In this document: in pieces, positions 36,873 to 50,139 of the stretch
Position numbering within the stretch: the stretch's first letter is position 1
Layout of the letters: every line of letters starts with the position of its first letter
Assembly (NCBI RefSeq): GCF_006345805.1
Contig: NC_043000.1
Location: forward strand, 76,074,001-76,138,000
Direction of reading: 5' to 3'
DNA from: Octopus sinensis
Lineage: Eukaryota
Length of the DNA stretch: 64,000 bases
The notes under the pieces: model-generated
Told to the model about the DNA's origin: nothing
What the model saw: the letters and a program-made list of their open reading frames with translations, nothing else
Database searches by the model: none
Position numbers and translations under genes: made by a program

Positions 36873-38639
36873 TTCAAAGAATCTATTAATATTAATACAA
36901 TAGTACCAATCTACATTTGGTGTTATGTTCTAGAAATTTTGTTTGAAAGAAAGAATTAAATGAAAGGAAGTGAATAATACACCCTTCCTTGCTTTCGTTC
37001 CTGCTGCTACACCTGCATTTTCGTTTCCAACACCATCCCCCACACAGCAGACTCAACAACTGCACTTTTTACATAAGGAACTCTTTCTGATGCACCTCTA
37101 ACAACCTGATACAGGTACTCCAATGTTCCCTCTTAAATCTGATAAACATAGAACTGGCTGCCAACTGTTTGACAGGTTTGCAGAGCATCTTAAGGACATG
37201 GCATTACCTGTCTGTTGACAATTCTGTTCTGCCAACCACTCCAACAAACACTTCTCTATCTTCAACTTGGTTTTCAACACCAGATCTCCAGAGGAGAACA
37301 TTTTTTCTCCCCAAACTTACATGCCCTACAGTTTGAATTCACTACATCAATTCTTCTAACATGCATTTTCAGCATATTCATCAACCACTTCCCCTTGCTC
37401 CCTCCCACTGTTCCCATGCACCCTACTTACACCTTCCCCCACTACCCACATCATCCTCACATCTACACTCATCCCTAACATACTAACATGTGTTCCCCAC
37501 CACACACACACACCGTTCAGGCTCTTGACTGAAACCTTACTGATACCAGACGCTAACTACCTATAAGTTGTACCAGCAGATGCGTCGCCTTCAGCAGAGG
37601 CTGACGTGTTTTCGCTGCTCCAACCTGTCAGCGGCCAAGACACAGAAGACACAGAAATACAAATACAACCCAGCAGGACTACTGATAAACAACTGTAATT
37701 ACTGGAAGATCTACTATTTTCTGTGAGTAATTTGAATTTCCCTCAAAATAAGTTAAAGACTTCCAAACCTACAGTTTGGGACAAAAATTTTAGAAACATA
37801 AATATCTCCATTTTTTGTGTGAACATTTTGCCGTCACCTCTTCCTTGAGTATCAGATTATGTAAAAATGCCTTTATTGTAACAACACAATTAAATGCACG
37901 CTAAAATTATGGACGCAAACACCTGCTAACCTTTATTTTCTTCTTGACTACCCGAAATATGCAAACATACTTTTTATTGCAATCACAGAAATAAACACGT
38001 GGAGAATAAGAAGAAAAAAAAGAAAAGAAAAAATACTCTTTATAGTTTCTCTCTGCTTGTACACGACTCTATTCACAAGTACTGTTCATAGTCGGCCCCT
38101 CCTTGATCTTTCTCAAAGTCAAGGTCACTGTTCGCAAGTTCCATCAACACCATTGCAGACATTTGAACTCTCTTTGACCCATTGTTCTTCATCTCACTTT
38201 ATGAAAGCAGTAGTTGCTGCTACAGCTATTACTACTGCTGCTATCAGAATTTACTGCTGTTACTACTACTGCTACAATTAGAAACATACAAGTTGACGAT
38301 GACACCGAGATGTTTTTCCCCGTGTCTGAATTATACCGGTGGCACCAACGAAAAATCCCTTTCTTTCTCTGTGTTGGGAGAAAAGAGAATTTACAATAAA
38401 AACAAACCCTCAGCCCTCCCTCCAGTGTATAAATTACTTTAAAAGGGAAAAACGTGAGGAGAAAAAAAAAGAAACAATTAATCTAAATTAATGATAGACA
38501 AAAACATGTGCCTTTTCGCACATAAACACATTATTCACACATATACAAACATACGCAGACGCAAATATTGAAGTACTAAATGGCACGTCAAATGATATTT
38601 AATCGTGTGGAACATTTTACATGCATATCAATATTCTAA

Positions 38640-41600
38640 AGTTGGACCTACTATTCCTTATCCTAAAGCTGCTTCAGACAACTAGGAAGGGTTCCCGACT
38701 CGTTTCACCGTCTGCTTTCAATCTTGGATTGTGATTCGGTTCAGCCCAAACTCTCTCAGATTTTGTCTGCTGTTGCCTACTCCTACAAGGATTGCAGCTG
38801 TTTTTTGTTCCTGATTTAACTCAGATTTGTCCTAGAGCCTATAGAAGTTTGTTTTTGGTCAACCATCTATCATGTCAGCTACCTACAGATCGAAACTGAG
38901 ATCTGTGAGAAGGGCTTCTCATCAGGATGATGGTCCTACCAACGGTCATCTCAACGAGCAGTTGCTGTTGCTCAAACAAGAGATCGAGCATCTAAAGTCT
39001 GTTGTTGCTCATTTACTGAATAAACAGTCTCCTATTGACGCAGAGCCACCCTTGATTTCTTCCCTGGAGACGTCCAAACCGGAGGGAACAAAATCGAAGC
39101 GGCCAAAGAAGGCGAAGGAACCGGTGGTCGTTTCCGCAGATGATCGTTCCTGTGTGGATTCTTCCTCATCTGCCTTTTCGGTCCCGGAGGTTCCCCAACC
39201 TAATTTGAGGAGCGTAGACTTAAACCCACCTGAAGACCATTGTTCTCCCCGAAAGAAGAAACATCAAAACTCCAGTGGGGCAGATTTAGCTATGAAACCT
39301 GATCATGATAAAATCTGTTTGGATTCTCCCTCACTTGTCTTTCCCATTAATGCCATTGCTCAACCAATTCTGAACGATCTCGATGTGAGTTCATCTGGGG
39401 AGTGGTGCTCCCCCAAGCCGAAGAAGAGGCAGTGCAGTTCCAAACCAGGCAGGAAAGTTATGACCACTAAACCCATTCCGATCGACCCCACAGGCCGACA
39501 TAAGTCTGATGGCTATGAAACCACCCTTTCGAAATCATCCAACGAAGAATCGAATGCCGCAGCTCATAGTAGAGAACATTTTGCCCACTCAAGATCAGCA
39601 ATCATTTATGGTAAAGCTGAATCCACCTGTGATACAGGCATAAACCACCTAAAAGAAGACATAAATTTTGTTTCCATTTTAGTTGGAAAATTGTTCTCTG
39701 TCAACAAAAATGTCAGTATCCATAAGGTCGCTCGGCTAGGAAGATTCCAAGCGAACTCAACCTCAGATACTAGACCATGCCCAATAAGAGTAATCTTTTC
39801 TTCCGATCAGGAGGCTTCAACATATCTGAACAGAGCTCAGACGTATGCCTGGGAGGATCCCAATATGGGTTTTCGCGAGGAATACTCACTGAGAGAGAGA
39901 ATTCGCCGGAGAAACCTAATATCCGAACTGAAGATGAGAAAACAGATGGGAGAGAAGGGTTTACGCATCCAAGATGGACAAATAATCAAGTCCTACCTCT
40001 GGTCGCATGCTGTAGTACTGACAGGGAAAGTGAATTGAGGGCGAATCGAAGTAAAGTAGATACCCCCGTCAACGATGCTATCTCTGATACCCCTTATTCT
40101 GCTTGTTCCTCAACTCCCACCCCTCAAACTTCACAGCTCAGCATCGTCTATACCAACTCGTGCTCCTTATTTCCAAAGTTCAGCGAACTATTTACACTGG
40201 CCATGCGTGACTCCCCTGATGTGATAGCTATCACCGAGACTTGGCTGACTCCAGCAGTAAAGGACTCAGAAATCCACCTACAGGGCTACGTCCTCTTCAG
40301 ATGTGACAGAGAAAAAAGGCGAGGTGGAGGTGTTGCTGTGTATGTTAAATCTGATCTCAAACTGTCCAGCGGTATTCTACCCACTAATGCTCAACCTACA
40401 ACAAAATTTGATGCCATCTATTGCAATCTGAGCCTATCTGAGTTTTGCCTGCCCATGTTAGCTGTCTACAGGCCGCCTCTTGCGAACCCCCAGGACGATG
40501 CTCATTTACTCGAAGTGATAAGATTCGTTTCAGCTTCTCATGACTGTTTGATATTAGGAGACTTCAACAGTCCCACGATCGATTGGCCCGCATCAATTTG
40601 TACATCATCTTCCCGGTTCGGCCAGGCCTTTCTTGACGTGGCTGAAGATTGTTTTCTATCGCAACATGTTGAATATCCGACAAGGCATTGGTCTGGGCAG
40701 CAGCCATCTATGCTGGATCTGGTATTCTCCCACTATCCAAGATCAGTGTCAGACGTATCTGTGTGTGCCCCCCTCTTGCCAAGAGTGATCAGGCGGTCCA
40801 GAAGTTCGTCATGCACATAACTTTTTCTATGCCCACAACTACTTCGCTGCCACGTAGAGTCTTCTCTGCAATTAATCTTGAAATTCTAACCGAGGCTTCC
40901 GCGCTTCTGGACTGGCGATCCCTGATGACGTAGTCCTCAGTTGACGAACTATGGTCATTCCTCAAAGCATATGTAATCTGGTTGACTGACCAGGCAGTTC
41001 CCGTTGGGCTTCCCAAGAAGAAGAAACACAAGCCCTGGGTAACGAAGAAGGTTAAACGAGAACTTCGACTCAGAGATATTGCTTGAGCTGAATTCAAAAA
41101 TCTGGATTCGACTGCAGCTTTTGAGGTGTACAAAACTCAACGAGACCGAGCCGTGAAAATTGAAAAAGAAGAACGCTTCAGTTATGAATACAAAATCACG
41201 GCAAACGACAGTAGCAATCCAAAAACCTCCTTAGCCCATGTCCAACGGAATTCCCGCTTGAACAACCAAATTGCAACGTTGGTAGACTCAACAGGCGTAT
41301 CGATTGAGGACCCTTATCAACAGAGTCAATTATTTGCCGAGGCTTTATCAACTATTTTCAAACAAGATGATGGTCGTGAACCCCCTCCATTTGATAGATC
41401 GGTACCTCCAATGCTTCGACTGGTCATCACGCGAGACGAAGTCAAACGTGTTATTCAAGGCCTCGATGTCAACAAGGGTCACGGCCATGACGGCATACAC
41501 CCACGGGTTATCAAAGCGTTGGCTCCGGTCATCTGCGAGCCCTTAACACGTCTATTCAATATGTGGACTGGAGAACAGCGATAATCTGTCCAATTTTCAA

Positions 41601-42966
41601 GAAAGGGAGCCACGAAGACCCGTTTAACTACCGACCGGTTTCCCTTACATCAATAATCAGCAAGATGTTCGAAACCATCCTTAAGAAAAGTATGACGCTC
41701 CACCTCCAAAACACAGCCTCTATCTCTGATTCCCAACACGGCTTCGTGCCGAAGAGATCATGCTTGACCAACTTACTGGTAATGGAAGAATTGGTGATGC
41801 GCATCCTCGATGATAGTGATGCTGTTGACATCGTTTTATTGGACTTTGCCAAAACTTTTGACTCGGTAAACCACCGCCTATTACTTGTCAAGCTTCAAGC
41901 ATATAGTTTCCATCCGGATATTGTACGATGGGTTGGTGCCTTCCTCTCAGATCGCTCCTTCCAAGTCCAAGTTAATGGTTCGCGGTCCGACGTCTCCAGT
42001 GCGAGCAGTGGCGTGCCTCAAGGTTCAGTGCTTGGGCCCTTATTGTTCTTAGTCTTCATAAATGACTTGCCCGACAACCTCACGCAACACACCCTTCTAT
42101 TAGCTGACAATGTCAAACTGGTCGCTCCTCGCGGTGATATAGAGGATCTTCGTCGATGCCTCCACCAAATTTGGAGGCGGTCTAACGAATGGGACCTGTG
42201 TCTGAACGTGTCAAAGTGCTGTCATCTGCCTGTTGGCTCTCCTCCTGCAACTCAACTTGATTTCGAGCCGGGTCGTTTGCTGCTGGAGAGGACCGATCAG
42301 GTAAAGGACCTGGGTATCTTGGTGGATTCCTCCTTTTCGCCTTCGGCCCAGTGCGTCCATGCTGCCAACAAAGCACGCGGAATTCTGTTCTTGATTTGAC
42401 AGTCATTCGGAATGCTCACAGCAGCCATATTCCTACCACTCTATGTCACGCTGGTGAGACCCATATTGGAGTACGGGATTCAAGCCTCTTCTCCTTATCT
42501 CCTCAAAGACATACAGCATCTCGAAAGAGTCCAGAAGCTGGCTACCCGCATGGTTTATGGTCTCAAGAATTTGTCTTATGAAGAAAGGCTGAAGATGCTC
42601 GACCTTTATTCTCTAGTAAAACGCCGCCGCCGTGGTGATCTCATTCTCGCTCACAACATCATAAGCGGAAAGTGTAACCTCTCGAAAGAGCTGCTCCAGA
42701 GCGTCGGCTGCGGGGTCATTCCGAAAAGCTCTACCTGCGACGATTTCATCTCAATCAAAGGAGAGGAGCTTTCTCCGTCCGGGTTGCGGATCTGTGGAAC
42801 AAGCTGCCAGACGAGATGGTGAAGATGCCGACGACCGCTTTGTTCAAAGTCTCCCTTGACCTCAAGTGGCCTGAACTCTTTACATGAACACCACCCTGTA
42901 CATAACTCCATGTCCCCCTACATGGCCTTGCTTTTTGCTTTTGAGCCAAAAAATTAACTAACTAAC
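38640..42966 (+). mobile_element. Near full-length CR1-group LINE in UFL1 intron (antisense to gene)
   Basis: ORF1 38872-40038. ORF2 fragments carry APE (YTNSCSL, IAITETWL, ILGDFN) and RT (NYRPVSLTS, LDFAKTFDSV, GVPQGSVLGPLLF, ADNVK). (CTAA)n tail at 42955-42966. The 5' boundary is approximate. Confidence 0.9.
38872..40038 (+). CDS. LINE ORF1 protein (388 aa, uninterrupted)
   Basis: N-terminal coiled-coil-like heptads, then an RLGR...RPCPIRVIF...RRRNLISELK..R...GEK.L.I motif typical of CR1-group ORF1. Confidence 0.7.
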   Translation: MSATYRSKLRSVRRASHQDDGPTNGHLNEQLLLLKQEIEHLKSVVAHLLNKQSPIDAEPPLISSLETSKPEGTKSKRPKKAKEPVVVSADDRSCVDSSSSAFSVPEVPQPNLRSVDLNPPEDHCSPRKKKHQNSSGADLAMKPDHDKICLDSPSLVFPINAIAQPILNDLDVSSSGEWCSPKPKKRQCSSKPGRKVMTTKPIPIDPTGRHKSDGYETTLSKSSNEESNAAAHSREHFAHSRSAIIYGKAESTCDTGINHLKEDINFVSILVGKLFSVNKNVSIHKVARLGRFQANSTSDTRPCPIRVIFSSDQEASTYLNRAQTYAWEDPNMGFREEYSLRERIRRRNLISELKMRKQMGEKGLRIQDGQIIKSYLWSHAVVLTGKVN

Positions 42967-43929
42967 ATCTGATCAATGTTACACACATATATATATGGAA
43001 GCACACAGACACTGCTAACCTCACCAACCAAGCACTCTCAGTCAGTCAGTAGATGGAGAGATAGATGACACTTCTCCTATCTGCAATCATTCTCAACACC
43101 CCCTCATATCTGTCATAAATGCCCCTCACCACCTTTGTTGCACCACTCACTGTGGCCACTCTCGTGTATCTATGACTTCCACTCTGCCACTGTACATTTT
43201 CATCCCTCACCTCTCCACTCTCACACACTGCACATCAGCTTCCTTATTTCTGATCTATCAACAAATTTAAGACACTATTGCTCTCCATACCTACAGTATC
43301 CCTGCTTGTCACCACCTCCTTCCTCAACTACTTCCATCTTTCTCCTCTCTCCATCCTATGCTGACATACACCTCAACCAAACCCCCATCCTTATTGCTCA
43401 TACACTATAACCACCTCTAGCCATCTGTCACTATCCTCTCACACTTTTATAAAATTACCCAACCTTTCCTTCCTCCAGTCTATATTCTCCCATCCTTTAC
43501 CTTGAGAATATGCTCTGACACTATCACCGCCGATTTTATCTCCCTTCCAGCTACTCTCACTAATCCTCATATAAAGTTGGGTAGTCATATATCTCCTCTA
43601 AAGAAAGACAACTGCGCTTGTCTCCATATCATTCTTTAGCCTTCAACATCTGTCATAAAGCAAGCTCTCCTGCTTTCAAAAATACTCCCACTCAGCTGAT
43701 AGGGATTGTTCTGTTTTCTTTTATCTCCTTTCTTTGACTGGCAATTTACTTGGCAACCTTATTAGTGCTGGTGTAAGGGGAAAAAAATCACCCACTACAC
43801 ACTGTAAAGTGGTTAGTATTAGGAAGAGTGTCCAGCTATGCAGCTCATTGGATCCTGTCAAACTGACATGCCATGAACAAGTTCAGAAAGAATCTGCTAA
43901 AAATCTTCAAAGAATTTGGCCTATCTATA

Positions 43930-44560
43930 AACATTTACTATCAATTTGACAAAAGTCAACTTCTTGGATGTAACCCTAAACTTGAAGACAGAAGCCCAAT
44001 GAGGAAACTGTTTACATCCACAGAAACTCCAACCATCCCTAGCTGTAATTAGAAATTTAGTCACAGGCATAAATAGGAAAATCTCTAAGCTGTTAGTAGA
44101 TAGAGAAATCTTCAAACAGGTCCTTCACCCATTTAAACAAGGCAGCAGGAAGGAGTGGATTCATTGAGTAGTACATATGGAGGACACCCCCAGAAAGAGA
44201 AAGCTAATCTCGTCCAATCCTCTATTTAACCTGGAAGTTTTAACCAGCCTAACTTGGACCTTCCTGATGTTAATGAAGAAAACATTTCCCCAGAACCCAT
44301 AAGTATTATAAACTCTTCAATCTCCACAATGTTATTCCTGCTTAGACAACATTGCTTCAAACATCATACACTACAATAGACACAAATTCACACCTAGATA
44401 ACCACTAGTCCACACCCCAACCTGTAATGGTTGAAATCCTACCAACAACCCACTGGCAGGATCCTGTCTCTCAAAGGTTGCTATCTACAGACTACAACCT
44501 TTGAGATGCCTCACACTATCTAATGACATTACATAGCAGGGAAGGTTATACATAACATAA
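43930..44560 (+). mobile_element. Highly decayed Penelope-like relic
   Basis: TKVNFLDVTLNLKT-like peptide at about 43950-43995 and a CN..NP...PLAG-like GIY-YIG lead-in near 44420-44490. Confidence 0.45.
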
Positions 44561-45569
44561 GCATTACTTCTGAAGCAGAGATAGGGAAAATTCTACCTCA
44601 CTGTCCTGCTTCATCTGGATTCATTGGAATGACTTCCTCAAGATCAAACAGAGTATCATTGATGGGCCCCAACCTGGAACTTGCAATTGCCAACTTTGTC
44701 TTTACAAAAGACAACACATATTCCACCAATCTGCGGTATCCACCAACTGGAAGAATGAACCATCTTACTGTTGCCACCAGAGGCATGCCCTGTAAATGAA
44801 TTTCAAGCCACTGGCAGCCGATGATCCAGGTATACCACCCTAGGCACCCCCACACACACAAGGGCAAGGTATTTCATCCCTGCCACCAATAGAGATAACA
44901 GCTCCTTCTTGATCATCCAGCCTCAATTTTTAACCTAGCACCATCAAAACTCCAATAAATGACCACTGAGCTTGCAATGAACTGATGGCACTGAATACAC
45001 CATACCACAGCTTGCAGACATAGTGGGAGACCTACCTGCCACCATCTTGTGTGAGCAAGTGGGCCTAAAAATAAAGAAAAGAAATGATGCTGTTTCCATG
45101 ACCTGACTTAATCAATAGAGCTCAAACATCTTGAAGCCATCCCAAATTTGTCTCAAATCTCATTACTCTTCTCTAGGTATCTGATGAGCAGGGTTCGTCT
45201 TCTAATTCCATGAAACTTTATGTCAAATAGAGCTGAATCAAACTGCTATTAAATAATATATATGTAACTCCTACCAACTGTGTTGAGGGCATGTGCCTAG
45301 TGGTTAGGGTGTTGCACTTATGATTGCAAGATTAAGATTTTGATTCCCAGACTGGGTAGTATTTTGTATTGTTGAGCAAAACACTTCATCTCACATTGCT
45401 CTGTGATCATTTTGACATCTGACACGTGGTTCACTGTGCACTGTACAGACAATATTAATTTGATGGAGGGAGTGAGTTACAGGATGATTGAACTAAATTC
45501 GACAGTTTGCATAAAAACAAAACAAAACAATATCCCATCCAAATATAAAAGTATTTTTAAAATTAAAAA

Positions 45570-46290
45570 TATATCAATTAGCCTCCACCAGTTTCCACCA
45601 TGGCTTCAAGGTGGCCCCAGAACTAGGTGTGTGTGTTCCTCACTGTGTCCCTAGGAAGATCTTCAAACACTTCCTTGATCTTGGTCACCAACTGGGCCTC
45701 AGTGATGCAGGTAGAGTGGTTGGTATCTTTCTCAACTGCACCCACACACTAAGTAATTCATGGGATTACAATAGGAGGAATTAGAGGTCGAAAATTCAGG
45801 CTGGCAAAGTTGTAGAAATTCTCTGACAACTACTTCTGACTCTTTCTGGCAGTATGGCAAGGAGCTGAACTATGCTGCCACACATATGATCTTCCACCAG
45901 CGACCCAGTCAAGCAGCTTCACATAGCCTCCTGAACTGAGTTAAAGACCGTTCAAAGATATAGGGTAGCATGATGTCACCCAGGAGGCACACCCAAAGAC
46001 CATCAGTTTCATGATATGTGGGACATCACATGGATCTTAGGCAAGCCAATTGTTGTTCTAGGTGTTGTGCAACTGGTCCTGACAGAAGTTCTTTTCAGCT
46101 GAGAAGAACTAGATCATCCCTAGCTCATCAGGATGCCTCAGCTTATTCAGGAGCTTCTTTGTCTTTATCAAGCAGTACCCCTTGGCCCTGGCTGTCAGAA
46201 TTTGTCCCTGCCACCTCGTGTATGAGTGATAGCAAAAGTCCTCATTCAAGGCCAGCTTTCTTTCACCAAAAACTTGGATTGCCTGCTTAG
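45570..46290 (-). mobile_element. Tc1/mariner transposase relic
   Basis: Minus frames give WQHSSAPCHTARKSQK*LSENFY (QQDSAPCH-like) and LVTKIKEVFEDLPRDTVRN...HLEAMVETGG. Confidence 0.6.
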
Positions 46291-47441
46291 ATTTTCCATC
46301 ACCTGGATGAATTCAAGCATGCAAATATAGTTGGAACACCTATGTCCCTTCCAGTTGACCACAACTTTGTGGTCACTGTTGCAGCTGTCCTTATCACATC
46401 TTACAGCCTCCACAGTGTTCATAGAGCATTGAGCAGCAATCATGATGTTGGCATTTTTACAACTGGCTCAATAATCAGATGGCTTCCAGTCTTCCATGTC
46501 AGGGAGCATGGCAGCTTCATATGTGAACATAAAGTGATAGCAGAGAGAAACAAAGTGAGAGATAAAAGTAAAGAGGAATGGAATGTGGAGGAGAAGCAAA
46601 CAAGTTGTGAGTGAGGTGAAGGGGAAAATGAGCTGAGAAGGGAGTAGGAGGATAAGAAAGGGATTAATGAAATAAGAGGAGATACCAAGTCCAAATATGA
46701 AACATTGTTCCCTAAGTTTTCTTGAGAATTACAAATCCATGGTATATGGAGATGTAATTAAATATATTTAATAAAATTCTTTTTTTTTTTTTTTTCTATA
46801 TGTACTTTATAGAGGTGCTTGAGGTAGCCTGTAGGGACCAGTTATAGCCATTGGAAAATAGGTCCTTTGCATTTGTGCAAATGTAGATGAAAATAGCAAC
46901 TCCTCTCTTTCTTCAGCCTGAACAATCCATGCAATTTTGATCTCAGCATCTAAGTTGAACTCAGAATAGAGAAAGTGTTGTATGCGGTCCAGCATTCAAT
47001 ATATGGAATCTGTTATTTTGTGTTTTGATAGCTGTGCTGATGCCTTGTGTATTTAATTGGCTTGTCTTTGCTAAGGTAGTTGTGTCTTTGTGTTACTTCA
47101 AAGACCTAGTATTGCGTTTGCTACTTAATGACAAAACTCAGATTAACTTGTGCACTAGCATGACAACAGAGGCTGATGAAGTGCTATAGTGAGAATGCTT
47201 TGCTTCTCTAGACTATTTTTTTTTCCTAGATTTAGCCTGGCTAAAAGAGACTTGATTAGAGAATGGTTGATGTCTGTGGCAACCTCTCTTCTGCTGGTGG
47301 CATGATAAAATGCACCAGTACACAATGACCATGATGACTCATCCAACCTATGTCGGCATAAAAAGTGGATGTAAAAATTATTTTATACACACACACATAT
47401 ACATACACGCATTCATATACATAGAATAATCTAAGATGTAC

Positions 47442-47653
47442 CTTGGAATTGTCGAAGGGTCTCCCATGATGAAGCAGCCATGTAATCTTCAAGAAATTCT
47501 ATTATCCGTGGTACACATCGACCGGGAGCATGGATAAATGTGTTTGTGAATGTCTGGAAAAGAATCATCACAGCCAGGTGTAGTGCATTTGCTGGATCAT
47601 CTTCACTGGATAATTCAGCAATGAGAGTTTGTCTGTGTTCCTGAAGGAGTTGT
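47442..47653 (-). CDS. UFL1: UFL1 (E3 UFM1-protein ligase 1), penultimate coding exon
   Basis: Acceptor tttatttgtag|a and donor caag|gtacat; 212 nt (1+210+1). Translates (R)QLLQEHRQTLIAELSSEDDPANALHLAVMILFQTFTNTFIHAPGRCVPRIIEFLEDY. This matches the UFL1 C-terminal region as I recall it (QHRQAL...EDPALILHL...LHAPGRCVPQII). Confidence 0.9.
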
Positions 47654-47795
47654 CTACAAATAAACAAAACAAAGAAGCTTTAACAGCAAATAATAACAAA
47701 ATGCGTAGAATAATGTTTTTACAATAAGCATGTGTATGTGTGTGTGTGCACATGCTTGTGTGTGTGTGTGTGCATATGCTTGTGTGTGTGTGTGC

Positions 47796-47830
<35 letters not shown>

Positions 47831-48538
47831 CCAACCATAAAAGCCACAAAAACAGAATTTTCCAAAGCCAAAAGAAATCCAAGTATAGCACAGTCTAATC
47901 AGTGTCTGAACAGACACTAATGTTGCAATTAGCCAGTGAGTTTGTTACAAAGAGATGAGTTGTTGCTATCTCTAGCAGTTGAGTGCCCATCACTGATGAA
48001 GTCAAGAAAGGATCAAATCACATGATTTAGTGGTCTCGGTGGGGATTTATCTCCCTGTTAGCAATCGAAAGAAGCATGCATTTTGCACCAAAAGCATATA
48101 TGAGAATTTCTCTCATGGCATGTATATTTTGATATGATAAACATTTGAATTTGATTGGTTGTTTCTATTAATGGTCTTTCAGAAGAATGCAAGTTGAGAC
48201 AGTAAACATACAAACAGACAATAAAAATAAAAAATAAAATAAAATTACATAAATATTGTGTTGTATAAAACTAAAGAAAACCTTGAGTTGGAAAAAATCT
48301 TGAGTCAAAAACAAATTTTGAGTTTAAAAGAAATCCTGCATCTCCAGGGTAAATTAATGGTAAATAAATGAATAATTAATTAATATAAATGTAAGTTTTG
48401 TTTTAAAAATTTTTAACCCAAGGGTTGAGAAAGCTCGTAGATATTAATAAAACAATAACGAATTTCTCACGCTTTGAATCATTTTGGAATCTATTGTGTT
48501 TTTTCTAGTTAATTTTTATTTATTTTCAGATCATTAAA

Positions 48539-49445
48539 ATGGAATGGCAAGTTAAGAAAAATGAGCACTTTTGACACCTCTTACTTTTTGCTTTTAATCA
48601 AGGTTCTAAGGCTGCAAAAGCTGCTCGCAGCATTTGTGCTGTGTATGGAGAGGATGACATAGCTGAAAGAACCACTCGTGATGGGTATGACAAGTTCAAA
48701 AATGGAAATTTTGACTTCAAACACGCACCTTGTTCTGGCCGTCCAGTTGAGTTCGATGAAGAGCAATTAAACCAACTTTTGCATGAAAATTCTCGTCAAA
48801 CAACAAGTTAACTGGCAGAGAAAATGTGATGCTCCCACACTGCTATAGAGAAGCATCTTCACTCGGTGGGAAATGTTTGTAAATATGGAGCATGGGTTCC
48901 GCATGCTTTTAGTGACAACAACAAAAATCAACGAGCCACAATCTCCGTTGGTTTGCTTGCTCAGCACACAACTCATGGACATGAGCAACGGTTTCTTTAC
49001 TGAATCGTTACTCGTGATGAAAAATGGTGCCTGTACATCAATATGAAACAGCATAACGAATAGCTTAGCTCCGGTAAACAAGCAACACCATGCGTGAAAC
49101 AAGATTTTCATCTGTGTAAAATGATGTGCGTATGGTGAGACTGGGAAGGGATTATCCATTATGAATTGCTTGAACAGAACCAAACAGTCAACACGGAACT
49201 CTATGTTCAACAGATGGAACGACTCAACATGGCTATTCAAGAGAAAAGACCTAATCGGCTGCATGGAGTTCTTCTGCTGCATGACAATACCTCATATCAC
49301 CAATATGACCAAAGAAACCATTCAAACGCATGGCTGGGAAGTACTGCAACACTCACTGTACTCTCCTGATTTGGCACTAATGGATTTCCACCTCTTTCAA
49401 TTTCTTTCAAATGCTATGTGCGGAGTTTCGTTCAATACTGATGCA
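48539..49445 (+). pseudogene. mariner (DD34D, Mos1/SETMAR-like) transposase pseudogene
   Basis: MEWQVKKNEHF*HLLLFAFNQG..., WVPH, IVTRDEKWCLY, LLLHDN and YSPDLA..DFHLF motifs, with many stops and frameshifts. Confidence 0.9.
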
Positions 49446-49732
49446 TTGAGTTGTAATTAGTTTAGAAGAAAACTTTTGTAATTACGGATAGGTATATATT
49501 TATAATTTACATTCTGTTAATAATCTTCTTTAAATTTCTGTTTCAGCGCCCGCTTCACTCTGTCAATTTCTCACTATATCTCTTTAAAATTATTCAATTT
49601 TAGATAGGTATATATTTATTTGTTGCTTTATATATATATATATATATATATATTTACTCAGCCTCTCAATCTTCCTAAATATATAGATGCGAACATTAGA
49701 AATATAGTTGTAATTAGTTCAGAAGAAAACTT

Positions 49733-49990
49733 TCGTAGTTACAGGTAGATATTTATAATTAGCTTAGAAGAGAACTTTCGTAGCCGCAGATAGATATATA
49801 TTTATTTGTTGCATAACCTCCTCTCTTTCATTTCTTTCTCTCTCTGTCTCTTCACTTCTCTCGTAGTTACAGATAGATAGATATTTATAATTAGCTTAGA
49901 AGAGAGCTTTCGTAGCTGCAGATAGATATATATTTATTTGTTGCATAACCTTTCTTTCATTTCTTTCTCACTCTGTCTCTTCACTGCTCT
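49733..49990. repeat. About 128-bp tandem duplication in an unclassified repeat
   Basis: Units begin tcgtagttacag at 49733 and 49861. Confidence 0.7.
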
Positions 49991-50139
49991 CCTTCACGCC
50001 TCTTTCTCTGTCTCTTCACTTCTCTCTGTCACACCATCTTTCCTCTCTCAGCTCTCAATCTCTCTAAATACATAGACACTTTCTTTCTCTATTTCTTCTC
50101 TACCCTCTATAACACTGTTAAATTTTAAATATAATTAGA

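Noticed and set aside
37100-37420. DRFAEHL-like peptide suggesting a GIY-YIG relic
   Set aside because: Too short and decayed to bound as a feature.
46807-46995. Minus-strand ORF near the UFL1 exon as an extra exon
   Set aside because: No UFL1 similarity, and the 47442 donor already splices in frame to the terminal exon.
47993-48016. CUGAUGA...GAAA word pairs (also CUGAUGA at 13683)
   Set aside because: No stem I complementarity; expected by chance in AT-rich DNA.
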